Positions 11,570 through 23,520 of a stretch of 64,000 bases of DNA are shown here, piece by piece. The notes beneath the pieces are model-generated. The model searched no databases, was not told the DNA's origin, and worked only from the letters and a program-made list of their open reading frames with translations. Within the stretch, counting starts at the first letter, position 1; each line of letters begins with the position of its first letter. The position numbers were made by a program, and so were the translations under genes. Source of the DNA: Vicugna vicugna (taxonomy: Eukaryota); contig MU058824.1 in assembly GCA_013265495.1 (NCBI GenBank), forward strand, positions 3,809,111 to 3,873,110. Reading direction: 5' to 3'.

Positions 11570-12200
11570 AGAAGACCCCAGCTGCCATGAATAGCCATCT
11601 GTGTCAATGTGGGGGTAGATTACAAAAGATACCTGTGGTTTTATTATTGTCTTTAAATCTCTTTTGTATAATGAGGCCGATAGAGTAAAAGACCACCATG
11701 GAACTCAGCCTGGAGCCATGGAACCCAGGCTGGAGCTCCCTGGCCTCCCTCCCCTGGTCCTGCAGCCCGTGTTGGCTGGCTCCTACTCCATGGCTCCCAG
11801 GGCCTGGTCCCGGGGCCCTGCCTGTGCCACCTGCCCCTTGCCCAGAGGAATCCCTTCTTTGACCTTTGTAATTATTCCTATTCAATCTTTCTTCATGTTT
11901 TTTCCTCCCCCTTTTCGAGGTGCTCAACTCCTGCACTCCCTCCAGTGTATTAAGGATGTGAGTGAAATTGATGACTGGGATGTCTCAGGTCTTTATGATG
12001 ATGAATGACTTTCACTGCCAAAGCTTTTATTGTCTGTGATTTGGGAAGAAGGGGGAACTGATATATCAAGGCTGCCTGTCACACCATTTAATACAGTTAT
12101 AAATCCTGACGTCACTAACTGGTGGTCAGGAGCTAGAGAATTCCACTGGCCGCCGCTTTGCCGAGCCTTTATGGATTTTTTTCCCCTCTTGCCTTTCTTT
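11570..12200. promoter_or_regulatory. Candidate conserved non-coding enhancer
   Basis: Repeat-free block with TTTATGA (11992), TTTTATTG (12025), TTTATGG (12168), palindromic CRE TGACGTCA (12107) and TGACCTTTG (11860). Conservation not verified. Confidence 0.45.
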
Positions 12201-12394
12201 GCTTGACTGTCACAATTGTGTTTGGGGAGGGGGGATGGGAACAGCTGGATGGGGACTTCAAAAATCCCAGGGGCAATCTGATCCAGAGGAGAAAGTGGGA
12301 GGCCTCCCCACTTTAAAGGAAGGAGAAATGGCAGGCCTTTGATTCTAAGGTGAGCAAAGAACTTGGTCAGTGAAACCAAATCCTAAAAGTATGC

Positions 12395-12555
12395 CAATAT
12401 TTCTTGCATGTGCACCACGCTTTACAGTTTACAGAGTGATTTCTTCCTTCCATCCTTGGGACAGGGGTGTAGCAGGAAGAGACTTGAGCCCCATTTTACA
12501 GAAGAGGAAACTGAGGCTCAGCGAGATGAAGTGACTTGGCCAAGGTTATGCCACA
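12395..12555 (-). mobile_element. MIR SINE
   Basis: ccccattttacagaagaggaaactgaggctcagcgagatgaagtgacttggccaaggt. Confidence 0.85.
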
Positions 12556-12604
12556 CCAGGCAGGTGCAGAGGGCAATTCCCTGATGAAGCAGCAGAACAT
12601 CACC

Positions 12605-12826
12605 ATTAGGAATTTGGGGAATGGAGTCAGCTGGCCCTGAGTTCCAATCCTAGATGGACCACTGTCTAGCTGTTGATCATGGGACGGTCACTTCAATTTT
12701 CTGACCCTCAATTTCCTTACCTGGAAATGAGTATAGCACTCTCCTTATAAGGCTGTTATGAGGATTAAATGAGATAATGCATAGAAGAGTTAGCAAGGTT
12801 CCTACCCCATCAAAAGTGCTCAATGT
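12605..12826 (+). mobile_element. MIR SINE
   Basis: ctgaccctcaatttccttacctggaaatg...ggctgttatgaggattaaatgagataatgcat. Confidence 0.85.
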
Positions 12827-13789
12827 TTTTAAAAGGTAGAACTACAATGAGAGAAGCATGTGGTAGATGTAACAGGAGCAGAGGAGGGACACCTGTGCCT
12901 TAACAAGGTTGTGTGGGGAGGTGGCCAAGGAAGGCTTCCTGTAGGAAGTGACACTGGAGCTGACTGGAATGAGTAGGCATTAGCCAGGCTGAGGAGGGCG
13001 GGTGAGGAAGAGCATACCAGACAGAGGGAACAGTGAGAAAGGCAGGAACAACACAGGGTGGGTGAGGAAGTGCCAGCAGCCCCAGGGGTGGTGCGGTGTA
13101 TAGCCGGAGATGAGGTAGGGTCAGACCACTGAGGCTACCACGGACCTGGGATCATAACCTCCAGATGCTGGGGAGCCTTGAGGGGCTCTAAGTATGGAGT
13201 GGCATCTTCTAAGAAACCTTCCTGGGGTCTTGACAGAGGGTGGATGTCATTCAGATGAGACTCAGCAAGAAGACTGAACTCATTGAGGGTGATTGTCAAA
13301 GTCCAGGAGAGAAAGAATGATGACCTGGACCCAGGCAGTGGAGATGAGTATGGAAGAAAAACTCCGAGTGATGGAATTGACAATAGTCAAATGTTGGGAA
13401 TAGATGAGACACAGAAGTCAAGGATGGCTCCCCTGTTTGGAGTTTGCGGGACTGGGTGAATAATGGAGCTTCCAGCTGAGACAAAGACAGTAACAAGAGG
13501 AGCTGGTTTGGATACTTGGACTTTGTGGTGCCCCAGGGACACCCAGGTGGAAATGTCCAGAGAGCAATAGGGGAGGGGTCAGGGTCAGGGATACTGATTT
13601 GGAAGTCATGGGCATGGAGGAATGAGTCATGCAGTAAAGCTGTATAGACAAAAAGGCTTGAGAGGAGCAGAGCTCTAGGAAGAAACTCTGGGGAACAAGG
13701 TGGCTGGAAAGAGGAAGCCATGAGGAAGCCTGGGAAGAGGTGATTGTGAAGGACAAAGCAGCCCACGAATGCCCTCTGTCTTGGAGGCT

Positions 13790-14497
13790 GGAGCAGTCAC
13801 AGCTCTTGGGTGGGAACAACAGAATCTTCTCTGGCTACTTAAGCAAAAAGAGATTTTCTAAAGGATATTAGGACACTCGAGGCCCACAGAACCAGACTTG
13901 GAGGCTTCACAGCCAGGAACCACACCCGAGCACCTGAAGCACACCTGAGCCACACCATAGGACTGGTCCTGTGGAAATGCCACACGTTGGCCTGTGGACA
14001 CAGAGCCCTCAGCTCATGCCGCTGTCACTGGACACCAGACGTCACCACTGGAACCTCTCTCTCAGCAGATGGACTCCACAGATACCTACTTCTTTGTGTC
14101 ACTTGTTTCCGAATTGACAGCTCACACATACGTGTCTACATGTTGGGACCAGGAAGGCACCTGTGCTCGAGCCACAAGGGAGGCTGGGAGATCAAGCTCT
14201 GACTTCTGCCTGGAGGAATCTAAACTCTTTTTTTTTAATTGAAGTATAGTATTTACAATGTTGTGTTAGTTTCTGGTGTACAACAAAGTGATTCATTGTA
14301 CACACACACACACATATATATATATACATATTCCTTTTCATATTTTTTTCCATTATGGTTTATTGCAGGATATTGAATATAGTTTCCTGTGCTGTACAGT
14401 AGGACCTTGTTGTTTATCTATTGTATTTCTATATAGTAGTTTGTATCTGCTAATCCCAAACAAGAAGCCTGAACTCTTAAGGTAGAAAATTCCCTAA
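13790..14497 (-). mobile_element. Old MaLR LTR (late MLT1-type)
   Basis: aacaacagaatc...ctacttaagcaaaaagagatttt is typical of the antisense 3' end of old MLT1 LTRs. It is split by the L1. Confidence 0.5.
14230..14461 (-). mobile_element. 5'-truncated cetartiodactyl-type LINE-1 3' end
   Basis: PolyT then aattgaagtatagt...tttacaatgttgtgttagtttctggtgtaca...tattgaatatagtttcctgtgctgtacagtagg; degenerate TSD gaggaatctaaactctt / aagaagcctgaactctt. Confidence 0.9.
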
Positions 14498-15329
14498 ACA
14501 AAAGAATGGTGTTCAATGGTGTCAAGTGACCAAAGATGTTTGAAGAATTAAGGAGTGAACAAAGAGATCCAAGATGATGGGGCTGAGAAGCACTGTGGCT
14601 TTGGCAGTTAGGAGGGTCTTGTTCTTTGAGTAATTTATTGACTACAGCCAACCCCTTCCATAGGATTTGAGGCATCATTAAATTCAGACCCAAGAGCATC
14701 TGCATATAGGCCAGAAACCACCCAGAGAGAGAGGGAAATGATTCCACTGGATTCTGGGAAAGCCCTAGTGAGAAGAAGCTGTGGGGCCTGGGGCCTGGGG
14801 CTGGGGTTGAGCTGACTTTTTCAGGATTTGAGTGACTTTTTGTGAGTGGGACTTGAGAGTAAGGGAGAGGAAAGAAGCAAGGACTCAGTGGCCCAGTCCC
14901 AGCACTGGGGAGTCTTGGGGGTGGCTGGTGGCACTTCCCTTTGCTAGAACTTCAGTAGCTCCGAGATTTGGCTGGTGGCCTTTCTCCAGTGGGGAGGGTG
15001 GAAAGTTATCACCCATTAATCTCAAAGAGAAAGCCTCCCGTTCTGAAGGGCACGGAATCCCCAGCACCTGACACAGGGCTGAAACTAGAAGAGTGGCCTG
15101 GAAAGCTTTTCTGAGCAATGAATGAATGAACCGGTAAGCATTTCTTTGGTTCCAGCTGAGCACCCTGCCACCCCCACAGGGAAACAGACAAATGGGACCT
15201 TGTCCCTGAGCTGGAAGTACTCTGTCTAGTGTCTTCTACAGACAGCCATCCGTACAGCCATCCCACAGCCTGACAAGCTCTGAGACGTGGTGGGGGCTCA
15301 GGGGCTCTGAGGGGACTAGTGAGAGGGCT

Positions 15330-15347
15330 GGGCGGGGCGGGGCGGGG
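15330..15347 (+). promoter_or_regulatory. Tandem GC boxes / G-quadruplex-capable tract
   Basis: gggcggggcggggcgggg. Confidence 0.4.
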
Positions 15348-15779
15348 CATCTGGAATGGTTTTGCCTGGGGCTGCCAAGGCGTGGCAGAAACACTTGCTG
15401 AGGCTTGGAGGCAAGTTGGGGGAAAGCCAACCTTCTGGGGGTGGGGGCTGGAACCTACACTACTCCAGCAGGAATGAGGGCAGCGGGTTGTCCGGACTTG
15501 ATCCAACAGTGGTGGGAGTGAGGAGTGCAGAGTCCGTCTGCGGAGGGGCTGGGCTACTGGAGGGGGCCCGAGCCAGGCAGGGAGATAATTGAGCAGCAGG
15601 TGGTGACAGGAGTCTGCACTGGGGCCCAAGTTGGCTGTGGATGTGGAGGGGCTGAGAGTTGGTGACACCTCCCCCAATGCCCCACTAGGGGCACTGGTGG
15701 GAGAGGCTGGGCGGGGGGTGCCTGAGTGTCCAGGCCAGGCCCTGTGGCCCAGGGAGCCCTCATTATGCCACTTGCTATG

Positions 15780-15975
15780 GTGGAGAGACGGAACAGCAGT
15801 TGAGACGTGGGCTGCCTCCTGCTGGTGTGCGGAGCGCGGGCAAACCACATGAGATCCCATCTCGCGCATAATGTGCATCCGAGGACAAAATTAGATTGAG
15901 AAGTAAATGGAGCCGAAAATTTCTAAAGCATTTCCCGTCAAGAAACTGTTTGATTGCGTGTTTTAATTCTCTGAG
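15780..15975. promoter_or_regulatory. Candidate conserved non-coding element
   Basis: Repeat-free and CpG-retaining, with AACCACA (RUNX-like), CACATG, aattagattga and tgattg...ttttaatt motifs. Confidence 0.35.
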
Positions 15976-16149
15976 TCCTCCTGCCCGGTGAGGTTCATTT
16001 TGGTGGGGACGGCTGGAGCAGAAGGAGCTCGTGATGGGAGGGGGAACCTGGGGACCCAGGGCCTGAGCCCTAGGGGAGGGGTGAGGCCCTTACCGCGTGC
16101 TGGCCAGGAGTCCAGGCTCCATGCAGCTCCTCCTCTGAGGTGACTTGGT

Positions 16150-16290
16150 TCTGAACGCAAATAGCCCTGTGAAATGGGTATTACGTCCCCATTTTGTAAG
16201 CAAGGAAACTGAGGGGCAGAAAGTACATAACCCATGGACGCCGCATAAATAGTGCTGGGTTGGCAGGGGTGGCAAGTGCTGGCCTGTTGG
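16150..16290 (-). mobile_element. MIR SINE
   Basis: ccctgtgaaatgggtattacgtccccattttgtaagcaaggaaactgagg. Confidence 0.75.
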
Positions 16291-17364
16291 ACTTCAAAAC
16301 TCAAGCTGATGCCACATTGGGTTGCATGTTTGAATGTTTCCATTTTTTTACTTCCTCCTTCTCATTCTCTTTTCCTCCCTCTCTCCTTCCTCCATTTCCC
16401 GGGAACCCTGGGAGGCAGGGCAAAGGATATATTCCCATTCTGCGGATTTGTAGAGTGAGGCTCATGGAGATGCAGCCATTTGTTGGTAGCACAGAGGGAG
16501 GAAGCCAGTGGCAACTTCTGGGAAGTCTGATGCCTATGTGTGTTCCTCTACTTGGTCCTGTCTAGCAAGTTCAATAAATACAAAGACTTGACAAAATCAT
16601 ACACACACGTGCACATGTGTGCATGGCAACTTTAGAAACAGAAATGCCAGGCATCTCTGGGCAAAAACCTGACTTGTTCCATCAGTGCCCTCCCCTCTCT
16701 GGAAAGGAGGTTTGGAGAGGGGCTGTGGTGGTTGTGGGCCCAGGCCTGGCTGTGCACTATGGGCAATTAGTGATTTTCTAATAATTGTTAAGTTTCTTTA
16801 TTTTTTGTCAAGAGAACTTTTGTTCAGATGAAATCCTCCTGGGAAGCCCTTTATGTAAACCAGTCAGAATTGAGGTTCAGTGGTTGAGGAGGGTCGTGTC
16901 CCAGAGGCCCCTGAGGTGCCCTGGGAGGCCCCAGGGAACACAGCTGGAACCCCTGCCTGGTCACCTTTCATGTCCTTTGGGCTCTGGTGCTCACTAGTTC
17001 CAAAGTGGCTTTCAAGTCTGTGTGAAGGCTGCTCACAGAACATGTGTGTTCTCTCCTCAGCCTAGCTCTCAGTTCTCACCTCTGGGACCCCAGCCCTCAT
17101 ACCTTACACCCCAGCTTCCCACTCACCTCACCCCAACTTCTGCTTGTGCCTGAGGAAGCTCAGACCAGTTCCAGGCACATTGCCCCTCAAGGCTCCTTCA
17201 CTGGTGTGACAGGACTCACCAGCACTGCTCACCCTGACCTGACTCAGCCTGAGCCCTGCTCCCAGTCCCCCCGGAGGAACCCTCCCCACAGAAGCCTAGT
17301 TCCAGTGCCACCACCTCCAGGAAGCCTGCAGTCTGACTGCAGGAACTGAAGCTCAGGTCTGCTG

Positions 17365-17440
17365 TTTGCTACATGTGGGACCTTGGGCAGGACTCTGAGC
17401 CCCTCTGAGCCTCAGTTTCCCCAGCTGTGGGCACTGAGAT
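17365..17440 (+). mobile_element. MIR fragment
   Basis: gaccttgggcagg...cctctgagcctcagtttccccagctgt. Confidence 0.7.
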
Positions 17441-18424
17441 CATGAATATCTGGTAAATTGAACCCCAGCCTGACGACTCGTGCACGTGTCTCCACATGAT
17501 GCCCCTGCTGGGTAGGGTCCCTCTCGTGCTGCCCGAAGCACTCTCACCTCTCTGTGATCCTCTTTGGGGTTCCTGATGGCTCATGAGGGAGGCAGGGCAT
17601 GGGTGGTGCCAGAACTGGCAGTGGTTTGCAAACAAGAGCCCGAGCTACGCTGGGCTTCTCAGAGGCCCCGGTACTCGGCGTATCTGGGAAGGGAGGGCCA
17701 GGGAGGGGTAGGCTGGCGCTCCAGCAGCCCGCAGCGCAGGCCAGCAGTGCGATTTAATGCATGTTCTCTGCAGCACATTAATTTGCCGTGCACCCTGGGA
17801 GGTGCCTCTGCGGGGCAGGCTTGGTTTTTCCCAGCAAGCAGTGCATCTGCCCAGACTGCCTCTTGCATGGGCCCCCTCGGCAGTGATTTCCAATCTCAGG
17901 CTCGATCTGTGGTTTGGAGAAACAATTGGACGGGTAGGGGGCGTCGTCTTGTTGGGCTCTGTGGGTCCGGGGCCTGGATCTCATGACATCCACCAGCCTG
18001 ACACCCTCTGGACTAGAAGTGGACGGGCCAAGGCACTGGTTTAAGATTTGTGATGAGCCTCTGTCCCTTTACAAGAGACCAGAAACCTGTCCAAGCTTTT
18101 CAGCTTCGACATGTACCTATTGACTATTTCTTAAAATAAATGGGCTGCTAGCCAGACATGGAAGGAGGGCAAAGAACCCGATAATACACATTCCTCCCGA
18201 CTCTACTATCCTCTGATCTCCTCCCAGGGGGATGGCCTGGGGTCGAGATGACTGTTCAGAGATGGGGGGACCTGTCTGAAGGCACCATGAGGAAGTGGAG
18301 GACGTTCTGACTCCCAGTTCAGGGCCTTCTCTCAGTCCTCCACCCCGACCTCACCCTTCAGCTAGAAAGGTCCAGTGGGTGCCTCCCACCACGCTTGACT
18401 TCACTTCAAACCCATCTTAGATTT

Positions 18425-18935
18425 GGAACTTAGTGGTTAAGAGCAAGTTTCCCCATGTCCCCATGCCTGGCCCATTTTCTGCCTCTGTAACCTTGGACAA
18501 GTTACTTAACCTCTCTCAGCTTCCGTGGCCTCTTTCCTCTGAATGTCGGGGGTAGTAACAGGCATAGCTGGGAGCACTGACATGGGCCAGGCACGTTTCT
18601 AAGGGCCTCACGTGTACTAACTTTTTAATCCTTCAAACAGTCTGAGGAGGTGGTGTTATCATTAGCCCCATTTTATAGATGAGGAAACAAGGTGGATCTT
18701 GCCCAAAGTTACAAAACAACTAGTAAGGAGCAGAGCTGGGGCTGGAATCCAGCAGTCTGCTCCCGGAGCCTGTGTGCCTCACCGATAGGCTCATCCTCTC
18801 AGTATCAGCAACAATGATAGTAGCAATTTCTATCTCATAGGATTGTTTTGCTGATTAAATGAGACAATGAGCGTAAAGCACTTAGGAAAGTGCCTGGCCA
18901 ATCAAAAGAGCCCCATGGAACTAGTGACTGTCATC
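18425..18935 (+). mobile_element. MIR SINE split by an antisense MIR
   Basis: 5' half tagtggttaagagca...tgtaaccttggacaagttacttaacctctct. 3' half resumes at ~18815 (ctatctcataggattgtt...attaaatgag...aagcacttaggaaagtgcctggc). Confidence 0.8.
18555..18800 (-). mobile_element. MIR SINE nested in a MIR
   Basis: gccaggcacgtttctaagg...ccccattttatagatgaggaaac...cttgcccaaagttaca...gcagagctgggg. Confidence 0.85.
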
Positions 18936-19444
18936 CATCCATCATACGTGAATGCAACCACATGGCGGGTACACCCAGCGGTGGGTGGGTGAGCGTTCTG
19001 AGGCTCTCACCTTCGTGTAAAGTACTGCTTCTTTCTTCACTTACCATCTTTCACATTCCCTTCTTCAAATGTTTTACACGGCACGAAGGAAGACAGGTGG
19101 TCAGAAACAGCAGTGCACGGGGAGCGGGCAGTGATGGGGGCTCGAGCCAGGCAGTCGCTTCACTCACAGTCACCCCACCAGGGAGAAACTGTTGGGGCAC
19201 CTTCCTCCTTCCTTAAACATGTGAGGAGAGAGAGGCTGGGTCACTTGCCAGGGTTACATGGCTGGTAGGAGTCAGGGCTGGAATTTGGGCCCTGGGTGGG
19301 CGCATGCTCTTAGCTAACGGTGTGGTCTTTGTTATGTCAGCAGTAGGAAGCCATTGCAGGTTTCTGAGAGGTGCTTGATGTGAGCAGAGCCACACTTTCA
19401 AAGACTGACCTGGCTGTGCTCTCCCATGAACTGTGGAGCCGTGG

Positions 19445-19680
19445 TGGTGTTATTGAGTGCTCACTGTGCCAGGCCTTGTGCTCGGGGCTTTACATGCATT
19501 TGTTGACTTGATCCATGCAACAATTCTATGAGGCAGATCTTCATGTATAGTCGAGAAAACTGAGACACAGAGATGCCAAGCAACTTGCTCAATATCACAC
19601 AGCCAGCAAGTGCAGAGTCAGGGTCTGAATCAAGACTGCCAGCCAGTGGTGGCCTCTGTTCCTAACTACCATACCACAAT
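19445..19680 (-). mobile_element. MIR SINE
   Basis: ttattgagtgctcactgtgccagg...gaaaactgagacacagaga...cttgctcaatatcacacagc. Confidence 0.85.
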
Positions 19681-21019
19681 GTACCCTTTTACAAAAATTG
19701 AATGTCCCTCAATCTGGAAGTTCACCTCAGGAGAACTCAGTGCTTTCTGTGTGTTCATTTATTCATTCCATTTAGAAATCACCTAATTTATGTAGACTCC
19801 AGCTCTCAGGAAGGAAGACATTCCTAACCATTAAATGTGGGAAGTGTTTTCTGCATTAGTAACCTGAAGGTGGGCAAACAATGAGAATACTGTCAGCCCT
19901 GAGTCGAGGGGGTGTGGGCTGGGGGGTGACTGAGACACCACCAACTTTCAGTCCAGCCATGGGACTCTATGGGTCTGAAACATCAGGAGGCAAGGAAACC
20001 TTTTCAGTATCCTCCAGCCAGCTTGGGCGGGCTTGTACTACAACCAGGAGTGGAGGCGTGGGGGGATCCTGTCAACAATTGAATCTCTTGGCGGTCTTCC
20101 CTGTTGCCGTGCACAGTGCAAGGGTTCTCCAGGGACCCATCCTGGGCTGAGATGGACAATTGGGCTTTTTTTCCATCTGCTACTTCTGATTGTATAGGTC
20201 CCAAGCCAACTTTCAAAACACTGGTTTGTCATATCAGTTTCTCAAATAAGAGATGCACATAATCATGCTGGAGAGACAGAAGTTCACCCCCCTCCAGTGA
20301 CAGCACCCAGGTTCCTCTCTGTGAACCAGCACAGTGAACTGCACCCCATGCAGCGGTGAAGCCTCTGGAGGTCTCTAAGCAGGCCGCTTGCCCTTCACCG
20401 AGCACCCTGGACTGCTGAGGTTTGGGGTTCTTATGTCGGATTATATTGTTTTCCTGTCTCCATCCTTGTTGCTCACCTGTCACCTGTCACTTCTCTTAAT
20501 GTCAGTCTGCCTGGCTCTAGAAGTCTCTCTCTGCCTTCTTGTATTGCTGTTTTCAGTCTGCTGGGGGCTGGGAATCCAAGCCACTAAGCTCGTTGGAACT
20601 GTGTGTAGACGAGGATTCGGCCTGGCAGAGCTGGTCCCCGAGGTGCTCTAGGGACAGGCCTTGTGTCCACCTTTTGGCTACTCACAGCCAGATTGTCGGG
20701 GCTGAGCTTGCTTGATGGCACATTTCAGATCAGCGGGACATCACTGTGTTTGCTGCTCCTGTGAGGGCTGGATGCTGGCTTGGGGGAGTTCTAGGGGGAC
20801 CATGAGCTGTGAATATGTGACTTGGTGTTCCTGGCATCATGATGCTGTCCTTGAAAGCAAGGAATTCCCCCTGTGACAGCTCTGGCCCAGGGGCTGCTGA
20901 GGTGGGAGCCCTGGGGCCGGAAAGGAGTGTGCACTTCGTGCATCTTAGATTCATTATTATCTCCCCTTTGAGACTGTCATGAGCTCCTTGGGGCACAGAC
21001 AGTGTCTGGTTCTTAAGAA

Positions 21020-21560
21020 AAGTTAATTTTGAACAAAAAGTAATACATGCATGTGTTTAAATATTCAAACCATACAGAAAAATATAAGATGAAAAAATAT
21101 CTTTCCTTTCCCCAATCTCAGCCCTCCGGTTCTTAGTCCTTCACCTCAAAGTTAACAGTGTCTTGTGTGTACTTTTAGTAACATTTTTATGCATCCATCA
21201 GCAGACAGACTTGACTTTTTACTAGCACAAATAAAATCACACTGTGCATATTCTTCTGCACTTTGCTTTATTCACTCAATAATGTATCTTGGAGCTCTTT
21301 CCACAATTCACACATTCAAATCTACCCCATTATTTTTCAGAACTGTGTAATATCCCGTCATAAGAAAGTATCATAATTTATTTAACCTAGCCATTATGAT
21401 AGACACTTGGATTTTCTCCCTCCCTTCCTCTCTCCCTTCCCTCCTTCCCATTAAAGGTAAATCTTGGTGTACTTTTCTGTGTATTTCCATAGGTAAAGTC
21501 ATAGAAGTAGAATTGCAGGTTGAAAAGGAGGTGTGTTTTGTATTTTGCAATTTACCTGTT
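21020..21560 (-). mobile_element. Old L1 (L1ME/L1MC-type) 3' region
   Basis: aaagtaatacatgcatg...ttcactcaataatgtatcttggagc...cataatttatttaacctag...tagaagtagaattgc. Confidence 0.7.
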
Positions 21561-21574
21561 GAAGCAGAAGAGTG

Positions 21575-21800
21575 TGGGGAGAGGGGGTGGTGGTAAAGAC
21601 ACAGACTGTCATCAGGCGGCCTCAGTTTGCATCCAGCACCACCTCTTTCTACCTGGGTAGCTTATCTGCAACCTGGGGATTATAAAGGTTTATATCCCCC
21701 AGGGTGGCTGTGACACTTAAATGAGATAATACATACAAGCACTTCAAATAGTGCCTGGCACGTGGTAAGAGCTGAATAAATGATCATCATTATTGTTGTG
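21575..21800 (+). mobile_element. MIR SINE
   Basis: ttaaatgagataatacat...tagtgcctggcacgtggtaagagctgaataaatg. Confidence 0.8.
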
Positions 21801-22019
21801 GGCATTATTATTATTACTATTGTTCCCATCTCCCAGGTCCTCTGGAGCACTCAGAAAGGTGCTAGAACCCCATAGGGATCAGGTCATGCACACATGAATG
21901 AACGAACGAAGTGAAGACCTGAGCAGGCCCACAGCTGCCCTCACCATTGTCCTGCTGAAAACACTGGCTCCGTCTGCCCCTGCAGCCGCGCTTGCTCTGG
22001 CAGGGAGGCCTGGAGCCAC

Positions 22020-22610
22020 GAGCGTAGCACAGCTGCTTTCAGCCTTGCTCATTAGAACCCTGCCTTTGCCGGTTTATTACATTGGATCAACAGTTTCTAG
22101 TTTGAGGAAGATCGTGTCGTAAATGTACATGGAAATATTGACTGAGGCCCAGTGTCTGCTCTAAAATGCCAGGCAGATGAAATCCAAACACTTCCTCGAA
22201 ATGGAAACACAGTTGTTGGAGCCTGGAAGTTCCCAGTGATTCCAGGGGCGTAGAAAAAGTCTATTCAAATGAAGGGATGGGGCGGGTTGAGACTGCAAAG
22301 TAAACAGAGCTCTGATGAATGAATTCTCAGAGTTGTCTTCCCGGCTCTGCAAATCCAGATTAGATCTTTAGCCAGGGCAATTAGAGGAAGGCCAGACAGA
22401 ATTAATCAAAAGTGGGGATTAAGTAATTTTGGGAAAAGAAATTGAGGGTTATTATTTCTAAGTAAATAACACCACCTAAACGAATGGCTAATAAACCTGT
22501 CATTCGGAGCCGGCCAGGTCTGCTTTAATGACTGCATGGGCCCATCTGCAATTAGCACGTTCGTTGTGTGCAGGTGAATTGGGCGGCTCCACCGTTGCCA
22601 GCATTTCCCC
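22020..22610. promoter_or_regulatory. Candidate conserved non-coding enhancer (homeodomain-rich)
   Basis: Repeat-free. GTCGTAAA (22116), ATTAATC (22401), GGATTA (22416), CTGTCA (22497), CATCTG and several CAATTA/TAAT cores. Confidence 0.5.
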
Positions 22611-22943
22611 TCTAGGTGAGACACTCCCCCTCTCACTCCCGGCTCACATACCCTTTACTCCTGGCAGGTCTGGACAAAGGGAGACTCCAGAGCAGCCCCC
22701 GTTCAAACTGTCACACATTTCAAACACCAGCTGGGACGAACGAGCCTGGCGGTGTATGTGCTACATGTGTGCACACACCGGGGTTTGTGTGGCAGGATTA
22801 ATCCCCTCCCCAGATCCCAGGTGTTGGGCTGTTTCTCTCCCCTTCCCCTAAGGTAGCAGTTGTTTACTATCGCCTGCTTTGGTGTTGGTTGAAAATCTTC
22901 AACTCATGTCACTCAGGCATGGTTGGCTTTTTCCTATAATGAA

Positions 22944-23520
22944 TGTCAAAGTGTAATTTTAAAAAACTTAGGAACATAACTCAAGTACAAATATAGAACG
23001 AACACATGTGAAGATTTTATTCAACTCATAAATTAATGAGGGAACCTATAAAAAGATAAAAGTGGTTCCAAGAGCATTTGAGGAACAGGGTTTATGTCGT
23101 CCATGGAGAAAGGCATTTTTTAAAAATGTTGGAATAAAATTGCTAGATTAGATACAAAATTGGTTAATGTCCTACAGGGCAATAAACCCAAACCTTTGGG
23201 GTTCTCTTTTCCACTTGATAGAAATCTACACATTAACAGGAAACTTACCCACTTCTGGGCTCTAATCAAATTGTAAAGAATCATCAAATACAGGTAATTC
23301 TCTTAGAAGTATGATCCTTGGGTGTACCTGGTAAATAGTGCCCCTTGACATTGAAAGGCTATGCTTCTCACTCTTGCAACCTTTTCTTTTTAAGTTTTAA
23401 ATAACGTTTAAATAATAGTTCTTAACACGCAAAAAGGTTTCTCATAGTTCTGTGACTCTGAGGAAAGTTTTTCTGGGAAAATGTAGAAGTGTCTGCCCTT
23501 CTGGTTAAATTATTGATCCA
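22944..23520 (-). mobile_element. Probable AT-rich solo LTR (ERV1, LTR37-like?)
   Basis: Begins tgtcaaag (…TGACA end on the minus strand) with an antisense AATAAAA ~70 nt inside (aagattttattcaactcataaattaatgagggaacc). Family recalled tentatively; far boundary uncertain. Confidence 0.35.

Larger units (their letters stand above)
12845..14630 (-). mobile_element. Long LINE-2 fragment interrupted by a MaLR LTR and an L1
   Basis: Purine-rich antisense L2: ggaaggcttcctgtaggaagtgac...gtcaaggatggctccc...caggtggaaatgtccag...gatttggaagtcat. It resumes at ~14500 (agatgatggggctgagaag...tttggcagttaggagg). Confidence 0.8.

Noticed and set aside
11968..12062. C/D-box snoRNA-like pattern (ATGATGA...CTGA)
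   Set aside because: No terminal stem and no recognisable rRNA/snRNA antisense element; better explained as part of the enhancer-like block.
15009..15878. 289-aa ORF (minus strand)
   Set aside because: Low-complexity Pro/Ser product of a G-rich tract, overlaps an L2 tail, no homology recognised.
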